64,000 nt of DNA from Candidatus Aminicenantes bacterium. GTDB taxonomy: Bacteria; Acidobacteriota; Aminicenantia; Aminicenantales; Saccharicenantaceae. The notes under the pieces are model-generated. The model had not been told where the DNA came from, did no database searches, and saw only the letters and a list, made by a program, of their open reading frames with translations. Shown here piece after piece: positions 28,512 to 36,527 of this stretch (within the stretch, counting starts at the first letter, position 1; each line of letters begins with the position of its first letter). Both the position numbers and the translations under genes were made by a program. Location: contig CAWDTC010000014.1 of assembly GCA_963805045.1 (NCBI GenBank), positions 76,359 through 140,358 of the forward strand, written 5' to 3'.

Positions 28512-29220
28512 ATGAACGATCGACAGGACGCGGTCATCGTCACCGAGGGGCTGACCAAGGACTATCGGGCGGACGGGCTCGTCGTCCCCGCCGTGCGGGG
28601 GATCGACGTCGCCGTCCGGGCCGGCGAGTTCACGGCCATCGTCGGGCCCTCGGGCTCGGGCAAGACGACGTTCCTCAACCTCATCTCCGGCCTGGACAGC
28701 CCGACGGCCGGCCGGATCTGGCTCGAAGGACAAGCTGATCTCCCGGATGAGCGGCAACGAGCTCTCGGATTTCCGGCGGGACCACATCGGCTTCATCTTC
28801 CAGGCCTACAACCTGATCCCGGTCCTCACGGCCGCGGAGAACATCGAGTACATCATGCTCCTCCAGGGCGTCCCGCACGGAGGAGCGGACGGCGCGCGTC
28901 GAGGAGATCCTCGGGGAGATGGGGCTGGACGGGTTCGAGGACCGCTTCCCGCCCAGGCTCTCGGGCGGCCAGCAGCAGCGGGTGGCCATCGCCCGGGCCA
29001 TGGTATCGCGGCCCGACATGATCCTGGCCGACGAGCCGACCGCCAACCTGGATTCCGAGACCGGCTCCGAGCTCCTCGACATGATGCGGCGGCTGAACGA
29101 GAGACGGGGATGACCTTTCTCTTCTCGACCCACGACCGGATGATCATGGAGCGCGCCGACCGTGTCATCACGCTCCATGACGGCCGGGTCGCCAAGGACG
29201 AGCGGCGGGGGACGAATTGA
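28512..29220 (+). pseudogene. ABC transporter ATP-binding protein (LolD/MacB-type), three frame changes
   Basis: GAAGGAG SD lies 6 nt before ATG 28512. Walker A GPSGSGKTT is in frame 3, Q-loop region [20 protein letters not shown] in frame 1, signature [14 protein letters not shown] plus Walker B ILADEPT in frame 2, and H-loop region FLFSTHD in frame 1. Confidence 0.85.
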
Positions 29221-30481
29221 AGAGGGGCGCCGCGGGACTCGTTCTCCTCGCCGCGCTGGCGGCCGGGGCCCCGGCCGAAGAGGCGGTCTCGTTCCGCGGC
29301 TATTTCAAGAGCTTCTCCATCCTCATCGTCCCCCCGGCCGCGGCCTCGGGCAGCGGGACGGTGAGGCGAGCCCGACATGGGCGCGGTCTCGAACCGGCTG
29401 CGGCTCATGTTCACCCTCCGGCCCTCGAAGCGGGTCGTCGTTCGACGCCGCCTACGACCTCTCGCCGCGCATCCAGGACACGCGCCTGTTCAACGAAAGC
29501 CTCCTCGGGCTCGGCCTGAACCTGCCGTCCTACAGGATCGCGGACTTCCGTAATCCCCTGGTTCCCGGCCCGGGGTCGACACCCGGAAGCTTCGGCCTCT
29601 ACCACAACCTGGACAGGTGCATGGTCACGATCCGGACCGGCGCCGCGGACATCGTCCTGGGAAGGCAGCCCATCGCCTGGGGAAGCGCCCGGGTCGTCAA
29701 CCCGACCGACATCCTCGCGCCCTTCGCCTTCAACGAGCTCGACAAGGAGGACCGGACGGGCGTCGACGCCGTCCGGGTCAGGGTCCCGTTCGGGGCGATG
29801 GACGAGCTCGACGCGGGATTCGTGTCCGGGGATAAGCTCCGGGCGGCCAATAACGCTTTCTACGTCAGGGGGAAGATCAACCGTTTAAAACCGACATCTC
29901 CGGCCTCGCCATGGCCTTCCGCCAGAACCTGCTTCTCGGCCTGGACCTGGCCCGTTCGGTCGGCGGTGCGGGCGCCTGGCTGGAAGCGGCCTACGTCATC
30001 CCGGGCGCTCCGGGCAGGCGGCCGGCTCGAGGGGGACGGGGACTACTTTCGCGCCTCGGCCGGGATGGATTACAACTTCGGCCCGAAGACCTATGGCTTC
30101 GTCGAATACCATTTCAACTCGGCCGGAGGGGCGAGGCCCGCGGATTACGCCTCCCTCGCGGGAACCGTCGCCTACCGGGACGGCGCGACCTATCTTCTGG
30201 GCCGGCATTACCTGAGCGTCGGCTCGACCTACCGGGTCACGGCGCTGACGCCCTTCACGGGTTTGCTCATCATCAACCTGACCGACCCGTCGGCCGTCCT
30301 CTCGCCCTCGCTCGCGTACAATGTCGCCGAGAACGTCGACCTGGCCGCCGGCGCCTACGTCCGGGTCGGGCGGTGTCCCGTGCTCCTGCCGACGATGTCG
30401 CCTCTGCCGACGCGCGCGCTACGCTCGGAATTCGGCACCTATCCCGACGTGGTCTACGTCTCCTTTCGCGTCTATTTCTAG
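29217..30481 (+). pseudogene. Putative outer-membrane beta-barrel protein of the LolA-like/FtsX cluster (several frame changes)
   Basis: Signal peptide [22 protein letters not shown] is in ORF 29217..29519. The body is in ORF 29162..30481 (…IVLGRQPIAWGSARVVNPTDILAPF…) with off-frame stretches, and ends ...VVYVSFRVYF (terminal Phe). Confidence 0.5.
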
Positions 30482-30644
30482 CCCGCGGGCCGTTCTCGAC
30501 GGGTCCACGCCCGCCCTCGCCTCGAGGCGAACTTCCGCGCCTCGAGGACCGTCAGCTTTGCCGACTGCTTCAAGGTTTCTCAGGAATCCAGCGATCGGCG
30601 CGGTTCCGCCGCGCGCCGTGTGAGCCGCAATCCAGGCCCGGGCG

Positions 30645-31880
30645 TCAGTCGTGCCGGAGGGCCTCGATGGGGTCCAGGCGCGAGGCCTTGAGCGCGGGGT
30701 AGATCCCCGAGGCCAGGCCGATGACGGTGCAGACGAAGAAGGAGAGGAGCACGGCCGTGATGGTCCAGCCGACGGGCCAGCCGGTGAAGGCCGAGATGAG
30801 GACGGACAGGGCGAAGCCGAAGAGGATGCCGGCCGTGCCGCCGATGGCCGAGATGGAGACGGTCTCGGCGATGAACTGGCTCCGGATGTCCTTCTGCCTC
30901 GCGCCGACGGCCCGCCGCAGCCCGATCTCACGCGTCCGCTCGAGCACGGTGGCGAGCATGATGTTCATGATGCCGATGCCGCCGACGAGGAGCGAGATGC
31001 CGGCGATGCAGGCCATGACGATGGTGAAGATGTTCTGGGTCTTGCGGTGCTGCTCGAGGAGGGCCTCGGGCACGATCATCTCGTAGTCGTCGATCTCCTT
31101 GTGGCGGCGCTTCATGAGGTGGGCCAGCGTCGCCGCGGCCGCGGCGCTCGAGATCTCCGACTTGAGCTGGACCCGGAACTCGTCGAGCTCCGACTCGTAG
31201 TTCCCGAAGCGGAAGACCTTCAGGGCCGTCTCGAGCGGGACGTAGATGTTGTTCTGCTCGCCCTTGAGGGCGATCCCCTGGAACTCGTCCTTGAGGAGGT
31301 TCTTGTCCTTGAGGACGCCGACGACGGTCATCCAGACGTGGTTGATCTTGACCGGCCGGCCGAGGGGCGACTCGCCGGGGAAGAGGACCTGGGCGACGCG
31401 CGACCCGATGACGCACACGTGGGCGTAGAGAAGGTCGTCGATGGCGAGGAGGAAGCGGCCGGCGCTCATGCTGAGGTTGGCCATCTCGAGGTGCGTCGGC
31501 GTCACCCCCCAGACCTCGGCGTCGCTCTCCCGGTCGCGGCTGACGACAGCGTAGGCCTTGATCTGCTTCGTCGCGCTGTAGGTGCTCAGGAAGGGCAGCG
31601 TCTCCCGGGCCGCGTTGAGGTCCTGGAGCGTGAGCCCGGCGCAGTTCTCCCGGATCTCCTTGAGCTTGCTCTCCTCGAAGGTCTTGGCCTTGACGATGAT
31701 GTTCCGCAGGCCCATGGTGTCGATGAGCTGCAGGGCCTCCCGCTCGGCGCCGCGGCCGATGCTCAGCATGGCGATGACCGCCCCGACGCCGAAGATCATG
31801 CCCAGCAGCGTGAGCAGGGTCCGGAGCTTGTGGTGGAGGAGCGACTCGACCGACTCCGCGAACTCGAACTTCATCTTCAT
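30645..31880 (-). CDS. MacB-type (FtsX) ABC transporter permease
   Basis: Intact 411-aa ORF. HHKLRTLLTLLGMIFGVGAVIAMLSIG, a large periplasmic domain, and a C-terminal FtsX domain ending ...YPALKASRLDPIEALRHD. Confidence 0.85.
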   Translation of the reverse strand: MKMKFEFAESVESLLHHKLRTLLTLLGMIFGVGAVIAMLSIGRGAEREALQLIDTMGLRNIIVKAKTFEESKLKEIRENCAGLTLQDLNAARETLPFLSTYSATKQIKAYAVVSRDRESDAEVWGVTPTHLEMANLSMSAGRFLLAIDDLLYAHVCVIGSRVAQVLFPGESPLGRPVKINHVWMTVVGVLKDKNLLKDEFQGIALKGEQNNIYVPLETALKVFRFGNYESELDEFRVQLKSEISSAAAAATLAHLMKRRHKEIDDYEMIVPEALLEQHRKTQNIFTIVMACIAGISLLVGGIGIMNIMLATVLERTREIGLRRAVGARQKDIRSQFIAETVSISAIGGTAGILFGFALSVLISAFTGWPVGWTITAVLLSFFVCTVIGLASGIYPALKASRLDPIEALRHD

Positions 31881-33100
31881 GAGGGCTTCCCCGCCTTGGT
31901 CGCGCTCTCCGCGCCGCCGAGGAGGATGACCTCGCCGGGCTTGAGGCCCTTGGTGACGACCGTCAGGGTCAGGCTCCGGGCGCCCGCCTCGACCGGCCGC
32001 TTCTCGACCCGCGAGCCGCGCTTGACCATGACGAACGCCTTGTCCTGCTCGTAGACGAGGGCCTGGTTCGGCACGGCGACGACGTCGGCCTGCCTCTCCA
32101 CGAAGATCGTCGCCTTGACCTGGATCCCCGGCTTCATCAGCCGCGGGTCGGTCGCGTCGAGGGCGACCCTCGTCTCGAAGTACTTGAGGGGGCTGTCCTC
32201 GTTGAGGGGCTTGGCGATGGTGTCGAGCCCGGCGATCTTGCCGGTGAAGAGGCGCCCCGGCTCATAGTCGAGGCTGAGCGAGACCGGGAGGTTCTCCTTG
32301 AGCCCCGAGGCCTCGGATTCGAGGACGAAGACCTTGGCCTCCATGACGCTCAGGTCGGGCAGGGCGGCCAGCTTCATGCCGCTGTAGGCGTTCATGCCGA
32401 CGCGGTACTTATCGCCGTTCCACTGCTTGTTGATGATGAACATGCCGTCGTGCGGCGCCCGGATGTCGAGGTTGGCGAGCTGGTCCTCGAACTGCTTGAT
32501 CTTCACCTGGTGGGCCCGGGCCTTGGACTGGAGGAGCTGAAGCTCCGCCTTGGTCCGCTTCTCGAGCTGGGCCCGCTCGTCCTCGAAGTGGCGCTCCCGG
32601 ATGGTCTGGTAGTTGAGGTCGATGGCGTCCTCGATGATCTTGTTCCGCGGGAAGATCGTCTCGTCCCGCGCCGCGTAGACGTCGGCGAGCTCCCTCTGGA
32701 CGGCCGTGACCGTGATCTGGCCGGTCAGGTCGTTCTTCTCCTTCTCGAGCTGCTTTTCCTTCTGTGCGATCTCGAGGTCGACCTTGGCCAGCTCGGCCCG
32801 CTCGGACCGCAGCTGGTCCGGCAGGTCCGTGCTGGCCAGCCGGATGACGACGTCGCCGCTCTTGACCGTGGTGTACTCGGGCGCCATCCAGCCGATCGTC
32901 AGCAGCGAGAAGCGGCTCTCGGGCGAGACGACGATCGGCGTCGACTTGGCCGCCTGGAGCTCCCCGAAGGCGGGCAGGGCGATCTCGAAGGGGCCTTTCC
33001 GGACCTTGAGCGTGGCCACGGTCGCGGCGCCCGGCCGGCCGCAGGCCGCGGCGAGGACCGCGGCGAGGAGAAAAGCGGCGGCCCGGGACATCGCTCTCAT
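31877..33100 (-). CDS. HlyD-family periplasmic adaptor (membrane fusion protein), paralogue 3
   Basis: Start MRAMSRAAAFLLAAVLAAAC at 33100 (ATGA overlap with the upstream stop). It has a long coiled-coil segment, a lipoyl-like motif (IRAPHDGMF) and beta-barrel segments. Listed ORF 31877..33925 is coding only from 33100. Confidence 0.8.
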   Translation of the reverse strand: MRAMSRAAAFLLAAVLAAACGRPGAATVATLKVRKGPFEIALPAFGELQAAKSTPIVVSPESRFSLLTIGWMAPEYTTVKSGDVVIRLASTDLPDQLRSERAELAKVDLEIAQKEKQLEKEKNDLTGQITVTAVQRELADVYAARDETIFPRNKIIEDAIDLNYQTIRERHFEDERAQLEKRTKAELQLLQSKARAHQVKIKQFEDQLANLDIRAPHDGMFIINKQWNGDKYRVGMNAYSGMKLAALPDLSVMEAKVFVLESEASGLKENLPVSLSLDYEPGRLFTGKIAGLDTIAKPLNEDSPLKYFETRVALDATDPRLMKPGIQVKATIFVERQADVVAVPNQALVYEQDKAFVMVKRGSRVEKRPVEAGARSLTLTVVTKGLKPGEVILLGGAESATKAGKPS

Positions 33101-34320
33101 CGCCCGGCCCCCGCGGCGGCCGAGCGGACGACGACCGCGTCGTTCTCGGCGAGCCCGCTCAGGATCTCCACCATCCCGGAGGACCGGGCGCCGGTCGTGA
33201 CGGGCGTCAATTCCTGGGAGAGGAGGCTCTTCCGCCACACCGCCGCGCCCTTCTCGCTGTAAACGATGGCCGCCTCCGGCAGCTGCAGGACGTCCTTCTT
33301 CGAAGAGACGGTGATGTTGACGCTCGCCGCCATTCCCGGCCGCATCAGCCCGGGGTCCGATTCCGAAAGGTCGATGACGGCGTCGAAAACGATGGCCGGC
33401 TGGCTGTCCGACTTGACTCGGAAGACGCGGCCCAGGGAGCTGACGACGCCCTTGTAAACGCGGTCCGGATTGGAGTCGAGCCGGACCTCGGCCGGCTGGC
33501 CGGCCGCGACCCGGCCCGCCTGGACTTCGAGGACGACGGCCTTCATCTGCATCCGGGCGAGGTCGGGCAGCTCGAGGATCGTCTCGCCGAACCAGCAGGT
33601 ATCGCCGACGACATGCTTCTTGCCGTCCCAGTTGGGCGTGTAGACGACGAGCCCCGGCTTGGGGGCGAGGACGTTCATCTTCTGGATGTCGCGCATGAGC
33701 CGGTCGACCTCGGCCTGGAGCAGCCGGACCTTGGATTCCTGGACCTGGAGCCGGCTGGCCATGCCCGAGACCTGGTTCACGAGGCGCTTGTCGGCGAGCT
33801 GCTCCTGGAGGTCGGCCAGCTCGAGCTCCATCTTCCGCTTCTGGAGGTCCATCGGCGCGATCAGGCCCTCCGGGTAATCGGCCTTGCGGACGGCCTTCTG
33901 CTTGTTGACCTTCTCCTCCTCGCACTTCAGGGCCAGGTCCTCCTTGGTCTGCTCCTCCTGGAGCCGCATCCGGCTGAGCTCCTTGAGGCCCGTGTCGAGG
34001 TCCGACTGCTTGAGCTGGAGCCGCTGCATGAGCTCCCGGGCGTCAAAGGAGAGGATCATGTCCCCCTCCTTGACCGCCTTGCCCTCCGGGGCCATGAAGG
34101 AGATCGTGTATTGCCAGAGGCGCTCGACCGACGGGCAGCCGACGTAATAGGACGCCGCCGACTGCAGCTGCCCCGTGGCGCGGGCCTTGATGTCGAAGGG
34201 GGCCTTGACCACCCTGACCGTCCGGGCCTTGGCCGAGTGCGAGCAGGAGGCGAGGGCGAGAGCGCACGCGCACGCGAGCGCCACCGCCGCCGCCTTGCGG
34301 GCTCCCCTACTTCTTTTCAT
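33097..34320 (-). CDS. HlyD-family periplasmic adaptor, paralogue 2
   Basis: ORF 33097..34353. Likely start MKRSRGARKAAAVALACACALALASC. Coiled coil, then VLAPKPGLVVY and LMRPGMAASVNI, typical of MFPs. Confidence 0.8.
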   Translation of the reverse strand: MKRSRGARKAAAVALACACALALASCSHSAKARTVRVVKAPFDIKARATGQLQSAASYYVGCPSVERLWQYTISFMAPEGKAVKEGDMILSFDARELMQRLQLKQSDLDTGLKELSRMRLQEEQTKEDLALKCEEEKVNKQKAVRKADYPEGLIAPMDLQKRKMELELADLQEQLADKRLVNQVSGMASRLQVQESKVRLLQAEVDRLMRDIQKMNVLAPKPGLVVYTPNWDGKKHVVGDTCWFGETILELPDLARMQMKAVVLEVQAGRVAAGQPAEVRLDSNPDRVYKGVVSSLGRVFRVKSDSQPAIVFDAVIDLSESDPGLMRPGMAASVNITVSSKKDVLQLPEAAIVYSEKGAAVWRKSLLSQELTPVTTGARSSGMVEILSGLAENDAVVVRSAAAGAGR

Positions 34321-35608
34321 TGGCTTTCGTCTCCGCCGGTTTCGGCTCCGCAACGGTCTTCGGGAGCGCGCCGACCGGGGCCAGGGCCTGGCCCGGCTTG
34401 AGGCCGGGGTTGTCCAGGGGGGCGGCGGCCACCGCGAACTCGTCGTAGTCCAGGGCCGAGAGCCTGAGGGGACCGCCGCCGGCGGGCCTGACCCAGAAGG
34501 ACTGCCCGTCGAACGCGGTCCTCTCGAGCGGCACGAGCAGGACGTCCGCGTACTCCGGGCCGCGGACCTCGCAGCGGACGCTCATGCCGGGTTTCATGAT
34601 CTCCGGCTCGAGTCTCTCCATCTCGACCTCGACCCGGAAATAGCTCGACTTGCCCCAGCGCCTGACGGGGTCGGCGCTCTTCGAGATCTCGCGGATGACG
34701 CCCTTGTACGGCCGGTCCGGGTAGGCGTCGAGGGCGAGGTCCACGCTCTGCCCGACCTTGATGCGCTGGATGTGGGTCTCGCTGATCCAGGCCTGGACGA
34801 TGAGCGACCGCAGGTCGGGGATGGTGGCCACGGTGGACGTGGCGAAGACCGTGTCGCCCACCTGGACCTTCCGGCCGCTCCAGTCGTCGACGGCGTAGAT
34901 CACGGCGCCCTCGCTCTTGGCGACGAGGGTCAGCCCGGTCAGGCTGTCCTTCTGTGTCCGGAGCTTGGCCTCGAGCTCCCGGACCTCGATGGTCAGGGTC
35001 TGGATCTGGCTCTCGAGCTCGGCCCGCTTGACGGTCCTGTTCCTCCGGGCGCTCTCCAGGGCGTTGTCGCTGATCCGCTTCTCGAGCTGCTTGCGGTCGT
35101 ACTCGTAACGGGCCTCGAGGCCGGGCGGGATCGAGGCGTCGAGCGATTTCTGACGGTTGTCGTTCTCGGCCTTCTTGACCTCGACGTCGAGCTCGAACTT
35201 CTGATTCTCGTACTCGGCCTCCTTCTGGGCCTTCTCCTCCCATTTCGCCTTCAGGGCATCCTGGGCCGCCTCGATCGACGAGGCGAGGCTCGCCGTATCG
35301 AACCGGACCACGGGGTCGCCCGCTTTCACGGGATCGCCCTCCTTGACCATCCACTTGATCTGGACCCGGTAGTTCTCCGTGATCGGGACTTTGAGTTCCT
35401 CCGACCGGAGGGCGGTCAAGCTGCCGGTGAGGACGATGGTCGAGCGGAAGCGGCCCTGGCTCACGCGCGGGTCGGCCCCCCCGGGGCCGGCGGGCGCGCT
35501 GCCCTTGCGGGACGGGAGAAGGGCCAGGGACAGCGCCGCGGCGACGACGAGGACCGCGGCGGCGAGGAGGGCCCTCCGGGCTCGCGGGTCAAGGATTCGG
35601 AGCGTCAC
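34307..35608 (-). CDS. HlyD-family periplasmic adaptor, paralogue 1
   Basis: Intact 433-aa ORF. N-terminal TM helix, GDPVKAGDPVVRFD lipoyl motif, long coiled coil, and IMKPGMSVRCEV. It overlaps the ATPase gene end by 20 nt. Confidence 0.8.
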   Translation of the reverse strand: MTLRILDPRARRALLAAAVLVVAAALSLALLPSRKGSAPAGPGGADPRVSQGRFRSTIVLTGSLTALRSEELKVPITENYRVQIKWMVKEGDPVKAGDPVVRFDTASLASSIEAAQDALKAKWEEKAQKEAEYENQKFELDVEVKKAENDNRQKSLDASIPPGLEARYEYDRKQLEKRISDNALESARRNRTVKRAELESQIQTLTIEVRELEAKLRTQKDSLTGLTLVAKSEGAVIYAVDDWSGRKVQVGDTVFATSTVATIPDLRSLIVQAWISETHIQRIKVGQSVDLALDAYPDRPYKGVIREISKSADPVRRWGKSSYFRVEVEMERLEPEIMKPGMSVRCEVRGPEYADVLLVPLERTAFDGQSFWVRPAGGGPLRLSALDYDEFAVAAAPLDNPGLKPGQALAPVGALPKTVAEPKPAETKANEKK

Positions 35609-36266
35609 TGATGATCCTCCCGTCTTTCAGCACGATGATCCGGCCGGCGTAGGCGGCGATGTCGTTCTCGTGGGTGACCATGACGATGGTCTGGCCGCGG
35701 CCGTGGAGCTCGCGCATCAGGGCCATGATCTCGTGGGCCGTCTTGGAATCGAGGTTCCCGGTCGGCTCGTCGGCCAGGATGATGTCGGGGTCGTTGACGA
35801 GGGCCCGGGCGATGGCCACCCGCTGGCACTCTCCGCCCGAGAGCTGGGCCGGCCGGTGGTCCATGCGGCCGGCGAGGCCGGCCAATTCGAGCATCCGGGC
35901 GGCTTTCTCCATGCCGTCGGCCGCGCGGACCGACGAGTACTTCAAGGGGAGGTACGTGTTCCTGAGGGCGGTGTAGCGCGGCAGCAGGTTGAAGTTCTGG
36001 AAGACGAAGCCGAGGTGCCTGTTACGGGTGAAGGAGAGCTCGTCGTCGTTGAGACGGCTGACCTCCCGGCCGTTGAGGACGTAGGAACCCTCGCTCGGCT
36101 TGTCCAGGCATCCCAGGATGTTCATCAGGGTCGACTTGCCCGACCCGGACGGGCCCATGACGGCCACGAACTCGTTCCGCCGGACGTGGAGGTCGACGCC
36201 GTCGAGGGCGCGGACCTGCGTCTCGCCCATCTGGTAATACTTTTTGAGAGCCGTCAGTTTGAGCAT
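35589..36266 (-). CDS. ABC transporter ATP-binding protein (MacB/LolD-type)
   Basis: Intact 225-aa ORF. Walker [11 protein letters not shown]-loop [10 protein letters not shown], signature [15 protein letters not shown], Walker [13 protein letters not shown] and H-loop MVTHE. Confidence 0.9.
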   Translation of the reverse strand: MLKLTALKKYYQMGETQVRALDGVDLHVRRNEFVAVMGPSGSGKSTLMNILGCLDKPSEGSYVLNGREVSRLNDDELSFTRNRHLGFVFQNFNLLPRYTALRNTYLPLKYSSVRAADGMEKAARMLELAGLAGRMDHRPAQLSGGECQRVAIARALVNDPDIILADEPTGNLDSKTAHEIMALMRELHGRGQTIVMVTHENDIAAYAGRIIVLKDGRIISDAPNP

Positions 36267-36333
36267 GGCCCGGTCGGCGTGGCTGAGGAGCGGCTAGGGC
36301 ACCCCGTATAAACCCCTTTCTGATAAATAGTTA

Positions 36334-36349
36334 GGCATAAATCGTGCCA
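36334..36349 (-). promoter_or_regulatory. Possible sigma-54 -24/-12 promoter for the MacB-type operon
   Basis: Minus strand TGGCAC-GATTT-ATGCC has correct GG/GC spacing, but the -12 element is ATGC rather than TTGC. About 68 nt upstream of ATG 36266, in an AT-rich intergenic region. Confidence 0.35.
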
Positions 36350-36464
36350 GAATTCAATGCCACCTTCGTCTTGGCGGAGGGCATGGCATGCCGCCTGATA
36401 AGTAAACTAGGTAAGGAACTTTACATAAATATATACGCCGCTGCCCCACAAGATGTTACATTAC

Positions 36465-36480
36465 GTCAACGGCCGTTGAC
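36465..36480. promoter_or_regulatory. Perfect 16-bp palindrome GTCAACGGCCGTTGAC (candidate activator/repressor site or hairpin)
   Basis: Perfect inverted repeat about 125 bp upstream of the sigma-54-like element and 48 nt downstream of the tricorn-like gene stop. A second small palindrome, ATGTTACAT, lies at 36453-36461. Confidence 0.3.
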
Positions 36481-36527
36481 CGGACCCGCCGCTCCCCGGC
36501 AAGCCGCGTTGGCGCGGCCCGCCTCCG

